Below, one piece after another: positions 23,023 to 35,117 of a DNA stretch of 64,000 nt. Each line of letters opens with the position of its first letter. Position 1 is the stretch's first letter. A program made the position numbers and the translations under genes. The notes under the pieces were generated by a model. The model had not been told where the DNA came from and ran no database searches. It worked only from the letters and a program-made list of their open reading frames with translations. Origin of the DNA: an uncultured Acidobacteriota bacterium (GTDB lineage: Bacteria > Acidobacteriota > JAQAZP01); assembly GCA_963836075.1 (NCBI GenBank), contig CAWIIB010000009.1:736001-800000 (forward strand), written 5' to 3'.

Positions 23023-24984
23023 CTACTTTTTCGCAACGATTGTCTCCTCCTCCGTGCCGCAGCGATACATTTCCGAGCCGAAGTAGGGGTTCTCCACACC
23101 GGTGCGGTTCTGCAGCCAGTCGGCGCCCTTCCAGTCAAAGGCCATGGGACAGTGGAAGCGGATCACCGGCTGCTTGCCGGTGGCGCCGAATGATCGGACC
23201 GCTTCGGTGACCGCATCGGAGAGCGGCTCGAAAGCCTTGCGCCCCGGCTTGATCCCCGCAGTGGAGATGATCCCCGCGTTTTTCTCGATTCTTTGCGAGA
23301 GCTTCATCCAGGCCAGGTGCGCATTGCTGTCCAGCAGGGTCATGTCCACTGTTTTAAGGGCGGCGGAGAGTGCCTTTGCTCCATCGCGGGCCTTGATCAC
23401 GTCATCGAGGCTGTATGCGGTGGATACAGCGAAGTACGCGGTATACATGTCGTCCAACTGCTCTTTGAACTTCGCCGGGACCTTGAACGGGCCGGTAGTC
23501 TTGCCTGCGGATGCCTGCCCCGAGTGGTCGAGGCCACCGCCCGATCCGCCCCCCTCGGGGTTCATCATGCTCGGGCTGGCGAGGATCTGGAGCGCGCTGT
23601 CGATCTTGAAGTTCCCCTCCACCACCACCAGCTCACCCTCGGTGAGCCCCTCGCGCACCACGTACCACTCCCCGGCCCGGGGCCCGAGCACCACTTCACG
23701 CCCCTCGAACACCCCCTCCTTCTCCCGGGAGGCCACATAGACCACGGCCCGCTTGCCGGTGATCAGCGGCGCCGAGGCGGGGATGATCAGCGGCGGCTTG
23801 CGCTTTGCCGGGTCGTCGTCGGTATAGCCGAGGGACCTGGCGGTGACCAGGTCCATGCCGCAGATGTCGCAGGGCTGCTGCTTCGACTTGATGATCTCGG
23901 GGTGCATGGGGCAGATCCACTTGCCGGCCAGGTTGGTGCCGACGATGGAACCGCCGTCGGAGACGCCGGCCTCCACCACCGCCTGGACGAACATCTCCGG
24001 CTTGAGGCGGCCGTCCCGGTTGTCCACGTTGACCCGCACCTTCACCGTGCGGGTTCTGGCGTCGAGGGAGGGGTCGATAAAGGTGATCTTGCCCTTGAAG
24101 CGCTCGCCGGGGTACGCCTCGGTGTGCAGCTCCACCTGCTGGCCGTACTTGATCATCGGCAGGTCCGACTCGTAGGCGTCGAGCTTGACCCAGAGACTGG
24201 AGAGGTCGGCGATGGTGCAGATCTCCTCGCCGGTCTTGACATACATCCCCTCCACCGCAGTCTTGCGGATCACGATGCCGCCCATGTGGGCGTAGAGGGT
24301 CAGGTGGTCGGTGGGGCGGCCGAGGGTCTCGATCTCTTCGATCTGGGCCGGCTTGAGGCCCCAGAGGCGGAGTTTCTCGCGCACCGCGTCCACCGTCTCC
24401 AGGGCGGTCTCGCGGATCGACTCGAGGCCGCTGGCTCTCAGCTCTTCGGCGGCCCTCAGGGCCTGGATCAGCTCCTCCTGGGCCGCGATCAGCTCGGGGC
24501 TGTAGATGTCGGCCAGATGGTCGCCCTTGCTCACCCGCATCCCGGTGAAGTCGACGTAGAGCCGGTCGAGGCGCCCCGGCACCCGGGCGGCGATGTGGCC
24601 CATCCGGGTCTCGTCGTAGTCCACCTTGCCCGAGAGGCGGACCTCGGCGGGGATGAAGCGGCGCTCGGCGGCGACGGTGACGATACCGGCCAGCTTCTGC
24701 GCCGACGAGGAAAGCTTCAGTTCCCGCAGGCCGAGACCGTCGTCGCCACCGCCGGTGACCGGAATGAGGTCCATGGCGCAGATGGGGCAGAGACCGGGCG
24801 CCGGCTGGCGGATCTGCGGGTGCATGGAGCAGGTCCACTCGGTGGCCTCGGCCTCGGCGGCTTCGTGGTCGTGACCGGCGGGAGACGGGACGGAAGAACC
24901 CCCGCAGCCGCGCAGCATGTAGCCACAGGCAAAGGCGGCAACGGCCAGGACGGCCAGGGTGATCCAGGTGCGGTTATTCTTCAT
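23023..24984 (-). CDS. cusB: CusB-type RND periplasmic adaptor with two heavy-metal-binding domains and DUF3347-like C-terminus
   Basis: WTCSMHPQI..CPICAMDL, WICPMHP..CDICGMDL, membrane-fusion core, C-terminal HCPMA...NPYFG..M..CG. Confidence 0.9.
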   Translation of the reverse strand: MKNNRTWITLAVLAVAAFACGYMLRGCGGSSVPSPAGHDHEAAEAEATEWTCSMHPQIRQPAPGLCPICAMDLIPVTGGGDDGLGLRELKLSSSAQKLAGIVTVAAERRFIPAEVRLSGKVDYDETRMGHIAARVPGRLDRLYVDFTGMRVSKGDHLADIYSPELIAAQEELIQALRAAEELRASGLESIRETALETVDAVREKLRLWGLKPAQIEEIETLGRPTDHLTLYAHMGGIVIRKTAVEGMYVKTGEEICTIADLSSLWVKLDAYESDLPMIKYGQQVELHTEAYPGERFKGKITFIDPSLDARTRTVKVRVNVDNRDGRLKPEMFVQAVVEAGVSDGGSIVGTNLAGKWICPMHPEIIKSKQQPCDICGMDLVTARSLGYTDDDPAKRKPPLIIPASAPLITGKRAVVYVASREKEGVFEGREVVLGPRAGEWYVVREGLTEGELVVVEGNFKIDSALQILASPSMMNPEGGGSGGGLDHSGQASAGKTTGPFKVPAKFKEQLDDMYTAYFAVSTAYSLDDVIKARDGAKALSAALKTVDMTLLDSNAHLAWMKLSQRIEKNAGIISTAGIKPGRKAFEPLSDAVTEAVRSFGATGKQPVIRFHCPMAFDWKGADWLQNRTGVENPYFGSEMYRCGTEEETIVAKK

Positions 24985-25011
24985 CGTCGGCCTCGGTTGG
25001 GGAGCAGGGCA

Positions 25012-25160
25012 GGGACGTACATGAATTTATGACTTTTTCCGGTTCATCTCGACTTGCCGTCCGAACGGCAGATCCCAGAGCAACCGGGCGATTTCGAAAA
25101 GTAATAAAGTTAAATACGTCCCTCCCTTCTGGAAATATTCATAAATTCATGTACGTCCCC
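25012..25160. repeat. MITE/REPIN-like element with GGGACGTACATGAAT(T/A)TATGA terminal inverted repeats, copy A
   Basis: TIRs at both ends, AT-rich interior; same TIR at 45012-45123 and 45732-45850. Confidence 0.8.
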
Positions 25161-25164
25161 GAAC

Positions 25165-25569
25165 TCATCCGTGATCGTGGTGATCGTGGTCGCCATGGTC
25201 GTGGTCACCCTCGGGATGGTCGTGGGCTTCACCATGATCGTGCTCCCCGTGATCGTGGTCCTCCTCACAGGCCACCTTCTCAAAAGCAATCCCCTTGGCT
25301 TCCATCTCCTTGATGTAGCCCGCCGGATCCTGATTGAACTTGTCCTTGCAGGGCGGGCAGCAGAAGTAAATCCGCTTGCCTTCGTAGTCGACGTAGACTT
25401 CCTTGTCCACCGGGTTGCCCATGATCGGGCAGTGAGACTGCATCTTCTTCACCACAATCTTGGCCACTTCGGTCTTTTCCTCCTCGTCGGCCACACTCTC
25501 CCCGCCACAGGCCACAAACACCATCGCCACCAGGGCGATCAACCCGAACATCATGATCATGCGTTTCAT
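25165..25569 (-). CDS. YHS-domain lipoprotein with His-rich tail (putative copper chaperone)
   Basis: Lipobox FVAC, CPIMG...YEGKRIYFCCPPC, (HDHGE)n tail. Confidence 0.85.
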   Translation of the reverse strand: MKRMIMMFGLIALVAMVFVACGGESVADEEEKTEVAKIVVKKMQSHCPIMGNPVDKEVYVDYEGKRIYFCCPPCKDKFNQDPAGYIKEMEAKGIAFEKVACEEDHDHGEHDHGEAHDHPEGDHDHGDHDHHDHG

Positions 25570-25588
25570 TGGTCGTCTCCTTCAATCC

Positions 25589-25966
25589 TCAGTGATGGCG
25601 ATGGTCGTGCGGACCATCCTCACCGGGTGTCAGTTCGTGCTTCTTCTCCAATTCCCGTTCCGGGGCTTTTTCGAAAACCACCCCGGTCTTTTCCATCTTC
25701 CTGATAAAGCCTTTTGGATTCTTTTTGAATTCCTCGATACAGTCCGGGGAGCAGAAATAGATCCGCTTGTCGTTGTAATCGACATACACCTTGTCGCTCA
25801 TCTCCTTGCCGGTCACCGGACAATGGGTCTGTGGCGTCCCCTCATCGGTCGACTTCGCCGATTCCCCCTTTCCAGTTTTTCCCTGCTCGTCATCCGCCCG
25901 AAGATCACCGGCCAGGACCGGCAGCGCCAGCAGAACGATACAGACCCAGATTGATGCAAGCTTCAT
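25589..25966 (-). CDS. Secreted YHS-domain protein
   Basis: Signal peptide, CPVTG...YNDKRIYFCSPDC, His-rich end; paralog of adjacent gene. Confidence 0.85.
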   Translation of the reverse strand: MKLASIWVCIVLLALPVLAGDLRADDEQGKTGKGESAKSTDEGTPQTHCPVTGKEMSDKVYVDYNDKRIYFCSPDCIEEFKKNPKGFIRKMEKTGVVFEKAPERELEKKHELTPGEDGPHDHRHH

Positions 25967-25970
25967 GGAT

Positions 25971-27308
25971 TTACTCCCCATATGAAACCGGAGCAGCTGC
26001 GCTTACCCCCGGTTCACCCCCTCCGCGGGGCAGCTCCCCGCCGACGATCTCCTCGATCTCGGCCAGCTTCACCGCCCGGTCGGCCAGGGCCCGCTCGCGG
26101 GCCAGCCGGAAAGAGAGCAGCGTGCGCTGGGCGTCGATGAGGTCCATGAAATCGACCTTGTCGGTCGAATAGGCTTTCTGGGTCACCTCCAGCGACTGCC
26201 GGGCCTTGGGCAGCAGCGAGTTGCCGTAGAGGTCGATCTTCCGTTCGGCGTCGCGGAACTGGAACAGCGCCTCCTCCAGCCGGGCGGCCATGCGGTTCTC
26301 CTCCTCAGCCCGCTGGAGCAGGGCGGCGCTGCGGCGGGCCTCGGCCTCCCGCTGGGCCGCTCGCGAGTTCCTCGGCCAGAGCGGGATGTTCAGCGAGACC
26401 ATGGCCATGATCGCGTCCTTGCCGCTGTCCGGGGTGGCGGGGTCGAGGGCCGTTCCGGTCTCCACGTAGTCGAGGCTGAAGGTGAAACCGGGGTAGAGAC
26501 CCTTGCGCGCCAGCTCGGCGGCCACCCGCTGCCGCTCGGCATTCTGCTCGATGGCCTTGAGCCGCGGGGCGTCGCCGATTGAGTCGTTGAGCGCCGCCTC
26601 GTCGATCAGCACCGGCTCGGCCTCCAGTGGACCGGGCCAGGGGAGCGCGGCCTGGGGCTCGCGGTTCAGTTCGCTGTTCAGCCGCGCCGCCATGGGCCGC
26701 AGCTGGTCGCGGAGGCTGATCAACTGGTCCTCCAGCTGCCCCAGCTCCACCTGGGCCTTGATGATGTCGGCGTGGTTGGCCGAACCCACCTTGTAGCGCG
26801 CCCGGGCCACCCGCTCGAAGTAGGTCATCAGCTGGACGTTCTCCTCGGTGATCTCCACCGACCGGGCAAGATAGCCATACTCGTGGAACGCCAGCTTGAC
26901 CCGGCGGAAGAGCTCGAGCTTTGCCGCCTCGTAGTAGCGGTATTCGGCATCGGCCGCCCGGGCCGCGGCGTCCTCACGCAGCTGCAGCGTGCCGAACCAG
27001 GGGAACTGCTGGGCCAGGCCGAAGCGCTGGCGCTGGGGCCCCACCCGGGTCTCCACCTCGCGGATGAAGTAGCCGTAGGTGAACCGGGGGTCGGGCAGGG
27101 CGCCGGCCCGGTCAGTCCCTTCCACCGCCGCCTGCCAGCGGAGAAATGCCGCTTCCAGGCCCGGGTTGTTCAGTGCGGCGTAGCGCAGGTAGTCATCCAC
27201 CACCGACGATTCGTCCAGAACCGGAAGCTCCTCGTCCGCAGCCCACCCGGGACCGGCCAGCAGGCACAGGCCAAAAGTTAGCAGCAGGATGTTACGGAGG
27301 ACGTCCAT
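25971..27308 (-). CDS. TolC/CusC-family outer-membrane efflux protein
   Basis: ALNNPGL, LPDP, QQFPWFG and NIPLW OEP motifs; first gene of cus cluster. Confidence 0.9.
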   Translation of the reverse strand: MDVLRNILLLTFGLCLLAGPGWAADEELPVLDESSVVDDYLRYAALNNPGLEAAFLRWQAAVEGTDRAGALPDPRFTYGYFIREVETRVGPQRQRFGLAQQFPWFGTLQLREDAAARAADAEYRYYEAAKLELFRRVKLAFHEYGYLARSVEITEENVQLMTYFERVARARYKVGSANHADIIKAQVELGQLEDQLISLRDQLRPMAARLNSELNREPQAALPWPGPLEAEPVLIDEAALNDSIGDAPRLKAIEQNAERQRVAAELARKGLYPGFTFSLDYVETGTALDPATPDSGKDAIMAMVSLNIPLWPRNSRAAQREAEARRSAALLQRAEEENRMAARLEEALFQFRDAERKIDLYGNSLLPKARQSLEVTQKAYSTDKVDFMDLIDAQRTLLSFRLARERALADRAVKLAEIEEIVGGELPRGGGEPGVSAAAPVSYGE

Positions 27309-27618
27309 CTTCAGGATCCATCTTCAGTATCAAAAACCATTACACAATGACGGCACGACCGTTAATTATATACTAATATGGTAGGTTTTTAGCGGAAAAA
27401 TGCAAGATGGACAGAATTAGCCGCCCTCCGGCAACGGCCCGGCCCACAGCCGGATGCCCTTCCGAGCCGCCGGTTTTCATATAGATCACAATCTCTTGAC
27501 CTGTTTCTTCCCGTCTGTTATCGGGAATGTTATATTAAGGTGTTCGCACCGCATGGTTGCGCGGCTTGCGTGTCATTTACAACTCAGATACAGCATCAAT
27601 AACGTGATAGGAGCGCCC

Positions 27619-28275
27619 ATGAACTGGTTCCTTGATTTCTACCGATCCACGGTGGGGAAGAAGGTGGTGATGGCGGTGACCGGTATCGCCCTTGTCCTCT
27701 TTCTCGTGGGGCACATGCTCGGCAACCTCCAGGTCTACCTGGGCGCCGAGGTCTACAACCACTATGCGGAAGCGCTGAAAGCGCTGGGCCCCGGTCTCTG
27801 GGCCATCCGCGCCGGACTGCTGCTGATCCTGATGATCCACCTCTGGAGCTCGTTCCTCCTCTGGCGCACCAGCAGCAACGCCCGCCCGGTGAGCTACAAG
27901 AAGTGGACGCCCGACGCCTCGACCTACGCCTCGCGCACCATGCGCTGGACCGGCCCGATCATCGCGGCCTACGCCCTGTTCCACATCCTGCACCTCACGG
28001 TGGGCGTCCAGCAGCCGTGGTTCGACCCGCACAATGTCTACGGCAACGTGGTGCGCGGGTTCTCGAACCCGCTGCTCAGCGGCATCTACATCGTGTCGAT
28101 GCTGCTGCTGGTCTTCCACCTTTACCACGGCGCCTGGAGCTTCCTCCAGTCGCTGGGGGCCAACCACCCCAGATACAACCAGTGGCGCAAGAACTTCGCC
28201 CTGGTGGTCACTGCCGCCATCGGCCTGGGGTTCATCGCGGTTCCGCTCGGCGTTCTCGCCGGCTGGGTGAAGTGA
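27619..28275 (+). CDS. sdhC: Succinate dehydrogenase cytochrome b558 subunit
   Basis: [24 protein letters not shown] heme ligands; precedes sdhA. Confidence 0.93.
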   Translation: MNWFLDFYRSTVGKKVVMAVTGIALVLFLVGHMLGNLQVYLGAEVYNHYAEALKALGPGLWAIRAGLLLILMIHLWSSFLLWRTSSNARPVSYKKWTPDASTYASRTMRWTGPIIAAYALFHILHLTVGVQQPWFDPHNVYGNVVRGFSNPLLSGIYIVSMLLLVFHLYHGAWSFLQSLGANHPRYNQWRKNFALVVTAAIGLGFIAVPLGVLAGWVK

Positions 28276-28279
28276 GGAG

Positions 28280-30198
<1,919 letters not shown>

Positions 30199-30199
<1 letters not shown>

Positions 30200-30948
30200 T
30201 GAACCTCACACTCTATGTCTGGCGGCAAAAGGACGCGAACGACAAGGGCCGGTTGGTTCAACTCCAGGCCTCCGGCATCAGCGAGCACATGTCTTTTCTG
30301 GAGATGCTCGACGTGGTCAACGAGGACCTGCTGAAGAAGGGCGACGAGCCGATCGCCTTCGACCACGACTGCCGGGAAGGAATCTGCGGCATGTGCGGCA
30401 TGATGGTCAACGGCAAGGCCCACGGCCCCCAGGAGGGCACCTGCCTCTGCCAGCTGCACATGCGCACCTTCAAAGACGGCGACGTGCTCTACCTCGAGCC
30501 GTGGCGGGCCCGGGCCTTCCCGGTGATCCGCGACCTGGTGGTCGACCGCTCGGCCTTCGACCGCATCATCCAGGCCGGCGGCTTCATCAGCGTCAACAGC
30601 GGCAGCGCCCAGGACGCCAACGCCATCCCGATCCCCAAGGAGAACGCCGACCTGGCCATGGACGCCGCCGCCTGCATCGGCTGCGGGGCCTGTGTGGCCC
30701 AGTGCCCCAACGCCTCGGCCGCCCTCTTTGCTTCGGCCAAGATCTCGCAGCTGGCGCTGCTGCCCCAGGGCCAGCCCGAGCGCCATATCCGGGTGCGGAA
30801 GATGATCGCCCAGATGGACAAGGAGGGCTTCGGCAACTGCACCAACCACGGCGAGTGCGAAGCGGTCTGCCCCAAGGAGATCAGCCTGAACAACATCGCC
30901 CGGATGAACCGGGACCAGATCGTGGCGAAGGTGACGGCGGGGGGGTAG
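30199..30948 (+). CDS. sdhB: Succinate dehydrogenase iron-sulfur subunit
   Basis: [33 protein letters not shown]. Confidence 0.97.
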
Positions 30949-31108
30949 GGGAGAGAGCCGAGTCAGGAGTTCGCCACCTCGTTTGTGTACGCTGCTTTCT
31001 TATCACGAATGCTTAAGAAAGATATCTTTACTAAGCTCGTGGATTATGAAACAATCCATTGCTGGACATGGCTAGCCATGGCAAGCCATGTCCAGCAATG
31101 GAGGCACG

Positions 31109-32272
31109 ATGGTTCGCACCACCGGAACATACGAATCGAGCAGCGCTGCCGGCGAAAAGGTCCGGGCCTTTGTCCCTCACAAGTTGCCACCCTCACGTCC
31201 TGTGCTAAAAATCGTCGGTGAGCTCACCGCACGGCTCAAGACTGCCGAGACCTCGCTGAGCAAACTGGAGGCCGCCGGCCGCATGGTCCCCTCGCTCGAC
31301 TGGTTCGTTTACTCATTCGTGCGCAAGGAAGCGGTCATCAGTTCCCAGATCGAGGGAACCCAGGCTTCACTGGCCGACCTGCTGACCGCAGAGGCCGAAG
31401 CTCCCGCCGGCGCGCCGCCCGAGGACATCGAGGAGATCTGCAACTACCTCGACGCCCTCACCTATGCCCGCGACCAGCTCAGGCGGCCGAAAGGGTTGCC
31501 CCTGTCGATGAGGCTGCTCAACGGCGCCCACCGGCGCCTGCTGGCCGGTGCTCGCGGCCGCTACAATAACCCCGGTAAACTCCGCTCGTCACAGAACTGG
31601 ATCGGTGGCACGAGACCGGGCAATGCCCGTTTCGTCCCGCCGCCGCCTCACCTGCTCGCCGGCCTCCTGACCGACCTGGAGCGTTTCCTCCACGAGGAGG
31701 AACGCCTGCCCCCGCTGATCAACGTCGGTCTGGCCCATGTCCAGTTTGAAACCATCCATCCATATCTGGACGGCAATGGTCGTGTCGGTCGGCTGCTGAT
31801 CGCTCTCTGCCTGGAGGACCGGGGGTTGATGACCGAGCCCCTGCTCTACCTGAGCCACTACTTCAAGGCCCACCGGAATGAGTATTACGATCGGTTGGAT
31901 GCGGTGAGGGTGAAGGGGGATTGGGAGGGATGGCTCTCCTATTTCCTCGAGGGCGTTGGCATCGTGGCGGAGGAAGCGGTGGGACTTATCGGGTCACTAT
32001 TCGACCTGTTGGAGAAAGACCGGCGCAGGTATCTCGAATCTGGCCGGGCCACGGTTGTGGGAGCCCGCCTGTTCGAACAGCTTCCCCGGCATCCCATCGT
32101 TACGGTGAAATCGGCATTGCGTCTCTGTGAGACAACGCGGCCGACGGCGGCCAAGGCCATCGACTCGTTGTGCAAGACGGGGATTCTGGAGGAAACGAGC
32201 GGGCGCAAGCGGGACCGGACTTACACCTACAAGCCGTATCTGGAACTCCTGCAGGCAGGGGCAGAGATCTAG
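31109..32272 (+). CDS. Fic family protein (class II, intramolecular inhibitory motif) with C-terminal HTH
   Basis: HPYLDGNGRVGR active-site motif; SSQIEG inhibitory motif. Confidence 0.92.
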   Translation: MVRTTGTYESSSAAGEKVRAFVPHKLPPSRPVLKIVGELTARLKTAETSLSKLEAAGRMVPSLDWFVYSFVRKEAVISSQIEGTQASLADLLTAEAEAPAGAPPEDIEEICNYLDALTYARDQLRRPKGLPLSMRLLNGAHRRLLAGARGRYNNPGKLRSSQNWIGGTRPGNARFVPPPPHLLAGLLTDLERFLHEEERLPPLINVGLAHVQFETIHPYLDGNGRVGRLLIALCLEDRGLMTEPLLYLSHYFKAHRNEYYDRLDAVRVKGDWEGWLSYFLEGVGIVAEEAVGLIGSLFDLLEKDRRRYLESGRATVVGARLFEQLPRHPIVTVKSALRLCETTRPTAAKAIDSLCKTGILEETSGRKRDRTYTYKPYLELLQAGAEI

Positions 32273-32310
32273 CTTTGACGAGTGCGAGGCCCCATGTCCC
32301 CACCCATAGG

Positions 32311-33012
32311 TCAGTTGCGGCTGGTGAACAGCCGCAGCACGTACCAGAACATCAGCGCCACCGAGGCGAACAGCTCGAGCGCGGCCCCGACGTAACGATC
32401 TTCCGGGTAGTGCCGCAGGACCTTGCTCGTGTCGTAGAGGATCGCCGCCCCGGCCAGGCCGACCATGGCCACCGAGAACCAGGTGCCCAGCTGGAAACCG
32501 AAGATCGCTCCACCGACGATGGCCACGATGGCCAGGACAAAGGCCCAGCGCAGGATGCCCCCGAGGAAGGAAAAGTCCCTGCGTGTCCAGAAGGCAATGC
32601 CGGTCAACGAGGCGAAGGCCAGGAGCGTGACCATGGCGGCGCTGGAGATGGCACCGGGTGCGTAGTAGTCGGCGACATAGAGCAGCGGAACAAAGATGAT
32701 CGCCTGGGCAACGACGAAACCGCACAGCGCCAGGTATTGCATGCCCAGCGAGGTCGAACGGTGCGCGGCATGGCTGGCCAGCCAGCTGACCAGGACAAAG
32801 CCACCCAGGATGAAGAGCCAGTTGACCGAGAGCATGGCCCGGGCCATGGTTTCGGCCACCCCGCTGGTGAACAACAGGAACTCGAGCATGATAAAGCCGA
32901 GGATGGCGCCGAACAGATGGGTGTACGTGCGGATGATGAAGCGTGCACGTGCGTCCACGTCGATGGCCGCGACGGGCATGACCTGGGTCGGATTTGCATA
33001 GGACTGGTCCAT
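32311..33012 (-). CDS. Bax inhibitor-1/YccA family membrane protein
   Basis: Seven TM; RRDFSFLG, ILYDTS and AALELFASVALMFWYVLR motifs; GGAGG RBS. Confidence 0.9.
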   Translation of the reverse strand: MDQSYANPTQVMPVAAIDVDARARFIIRTYTHLFGAILGFIMLEFLLFTSGVAETMARAMLSVNWLFILGGFVLVSWLASHAAHRSTSLGMQYLALCGFVVAQAIIFVPLLYVADYYAPGAISSAAMVTLLAFASLTGIAFWTRRDFSFLGGILRWAFVLAIVAIVGGAIFGFQLGTWFSVAMVGLAGAAILYDTSKVLRHYPEDRYVGAALELFASVALMFWYVLRLFTSRN

Positions 33013-33189
33013 GTGTCCACCTCCATGGGGATTCCGGAGCCTTTGCAACGGGATACGCCTCGGGAAATTCATCCGATGAGACGGGTTTGATACCCCGTCA
33101 AGAGTAAGTGCTTCCAGCTCCTCCGTCAAGAAATGTCTGGTGACCGGCTCACGTTTATCACCGACGCCCTTGGCCGGCAAAAGGCGCGA

Positions 33190-34923
33190 TCAGTTGATCG
33201 TGCCTTCGACCCACCCGCGAAAAAAAGCCGCAGCGCCCTGCCGCAGGTTGCGCAGGTTATAGCCGCCCTCCTGCACCACCAGTGTCGGGTAGCGCAGGGC
33301 GGCCAGCAGGCGGCCGGCCTCCTGAAGCGCTGCCGGGGTCAGAGAGAAGAACCCGGTGGGGTCACCGCGCAGGGTATCGAAACCGAGGCTGACCACGAGA
33401 TAGGCCGGCCGGAAACGCCGCATGCGGTTCACGGCGCGTTTCAGTGCGGCGAGATAGGCAGGGTTTTCCGTGCCTTCCGGCAGGGGAATGTTCAGGTTGC
33501 AGCCGCGGCCATCGCCGTCGCCGGTCTCGTCAGCGTAGCCGGCGAAATAGGGGTAGGCCCGTTCGGGGTGACCGTGCAGTGATACGGTCAGCACATCGCC
33601 ACGCTGGTAAAAGATGTCCTGGGTGCCGTTGCCGTGATGGAAGTCGAGGTCCAGGATGGCCGTCCTGCCCTGGCTGCTGAAGAACTGGGCGGCTATCGCG
33701 GCATTGTTGAAGTAGCAGAACCCGCCGTAGAGGGCCCGCTCGGCATGGTGCCCGGGGGGCCGGCACAGCGCATAGGCCAGGGGCACTCCGGTCAGCACCT
33801 CCTCTGCGCCGGTCAGGGCGGCGTCGACGGCCGCCCTGGCGGCCCGGTAGGCGCCGTCGTCCAGCGGTGTAAATGAATCGAGGCAGTAGAAGCCGGCGAG
33901 ATCAGGGTGTGGCCGGCGCGGAACCCTGGAGGGCTGCCGGCGGGGGAAGGTGTCGGCGTACACGGGTGTACCCGCAACCAGTGTCCGGCAAAGCTGCTTG
34001 AGGAAGCGGACGTAGGCCCGGTCGTGAACGGCTGCGATGTGCGATTCGGTAAAACGCTTGGGACGCACCGCCGTAAACAGCCCGGTGCGTTCCATGGCCT
34101 CCATCAGGGCCCCCACCCGTGCGGGGCGTTCCTCGTAGCCGCGATCCTGGACGTGGTGGATTACGTGCTTGTGATTGACCACCAGGGCGTAAGCCTTTTC
34201 AAGGCGGCCGGCTTTGGGCGGGCGGGGTGTTCGTCGCTTCACGTAGACGGGCGGCCGGAACTGGACCGGATCGTCACGGAAGGAGCGAACGACGCGGCGA
34301 ATGTAAGTCGGGGTGGTCAGGTCGGCGAACCGCGTGTCGAGGATCAGCCGCACGGCCCGTCGTGCGTCCGACAGGGCGAGCCTGACCGGTCGGCCCAGCG
34401 AGTCGTAGAGCAGGAAGGCGCTGCTCGGGTCCTTGCCCAGGGGCAGGTGGTACTCGGTGTTAGCGACGGGGAACACGCCATAATACTCGTAAAAACGCAG
34501 GCGCTTCCGGTTCTGCTCGAGGATGCGCTCGTCCTCCGCAAGCCGGGGGACGTCGGACTCCGCCTCGAGAAACAGCCCGTGCGCGCCAGTGGCCAGGCAA
34601 TGCTCACGGACGGCTTCGTAGAGCGCACCGCCGAGCCCGCGCCCTCGAATCCCCTTGCGCACGGCGATGTAGTCAAGGAACGAGTAGCCGATACGCGCGA
34701 AGTGCAGGACCAGTGCGAACCCGTTGACCCTTCCCAGCCGCGTCTCCGCCACCAGCAGCGAGGCGCGCCAGCCGCTTTTCACCGGATCACGCAGCCACTG
34801 CTGCATCCGGTCGGCGTCATGCTCCCAACCGGGAAAGTTTTCGCGCAGGATCTGCTGGGCCGCGGCGATCCGCTGGGAGGCCAGCGGCGCTTCCGGCCCC
34901 AGTATGGTGCGTATGCGTAGCAT
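33190..34923 (-). CDS. GNAT acetyltransferase fused to histone deacetylase/acetylpolyamine amidohydrolase domain
   Basis: N-term LDYIAV..RGRGLG..LY and RLRFY; C-term RPPGHHA, GGFCYFNN, DLDFHHGNGTQ, QEGGY. Confidence 0.88.
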   Translation of the reverse strand: MLRIRTILGPEAPLASQRIAAAQQILRENFPGWEHDADRMQQWLRDPVKSGWRASLLVAETRLGRVNGFALVLHFARIGYSFLDYIAVRKGIRGRGLGGALYEAVREHCLATGAHGLFLEAESDVPRLAEDERILEQNRKRLRFYEYYGVFPVANTEYHLPLGKDPSSAFLLYDSLGRPVRLALSDARRAVRLILDTRFADLTTPTYIRRVVRSFRDDPVQFRPPVYVKRRTPRPPKAGRLEKAYALVVNHKHVIHHVQDRGYEERPARVGALMEAMERTGLFTAVRPKRFTESHIAAVHDRAYVRFLKQLCRTLVAGTPVYADTFPRRQPSRVPRRPHPDLAGFYCLDSFTPLDDGAYRAARAAVDAALTGAEEVLTGVPLAYALCRPPGHHAERALYGGFCYFNNAAIAAQFFSSQGRTAILDLDFHHGNGTQDIFYQRGDVLTVSLHGHPERAYPYFAGYADETGDGDGRGCNLNIPLPEGTENPAYLAALKRAVNRMRRFRPAYLVVSLGFDTLRGDPTGFFSLTPAALQEAGRLLAALRYPTLVVQEGGYNLRNLRQGAAAFFRGWVEGTIN

Positions 34924-35039
34924 TCGGTTCCCCCGGGCTGCCGCGAGCAGATGGACAGGACGCGTCCCCGGCGCCGAAGATGCCGAACAACACCGTTCAG
35001 TTCTTCTGCGGAAGCAGCCGGACGGAAGTGTACACGGAG

Positions 35040-35117
35040 TGTCCGGAGAATCACAGCCTAAACAACATCGCCCGGATGAACAGGGATCAGATCTTCGCAA
35101 AGGTGACGGCGAGCTAG
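35040..35117 (+). repeat. Orphan duplicate of the sdhB 3' end
   Basis: 35054-35111 matches 30882-30939 at 52/58 nt; reads [25 protein letters not shown] versus Sdh[27 protein letters not shown]. Confidence 0.9.

Noticed and set aside
23293-25032. 579-aa + strand ORF
   Set aside because: Antisense shadow of cusB, expected in high-GC DNA
25165-25265. Short tandem DNA repeats (GATCGTGGT-like)
   Set aside because: Encode the His-rich HDHG tail of the YHS protein
34924-35100. Cys-rich N-terminal extension of the GNAT-HDAC ORF
   Set aside because: Partly the antisense of the sdhB relic; the ATG at 34923 is the more plausible start
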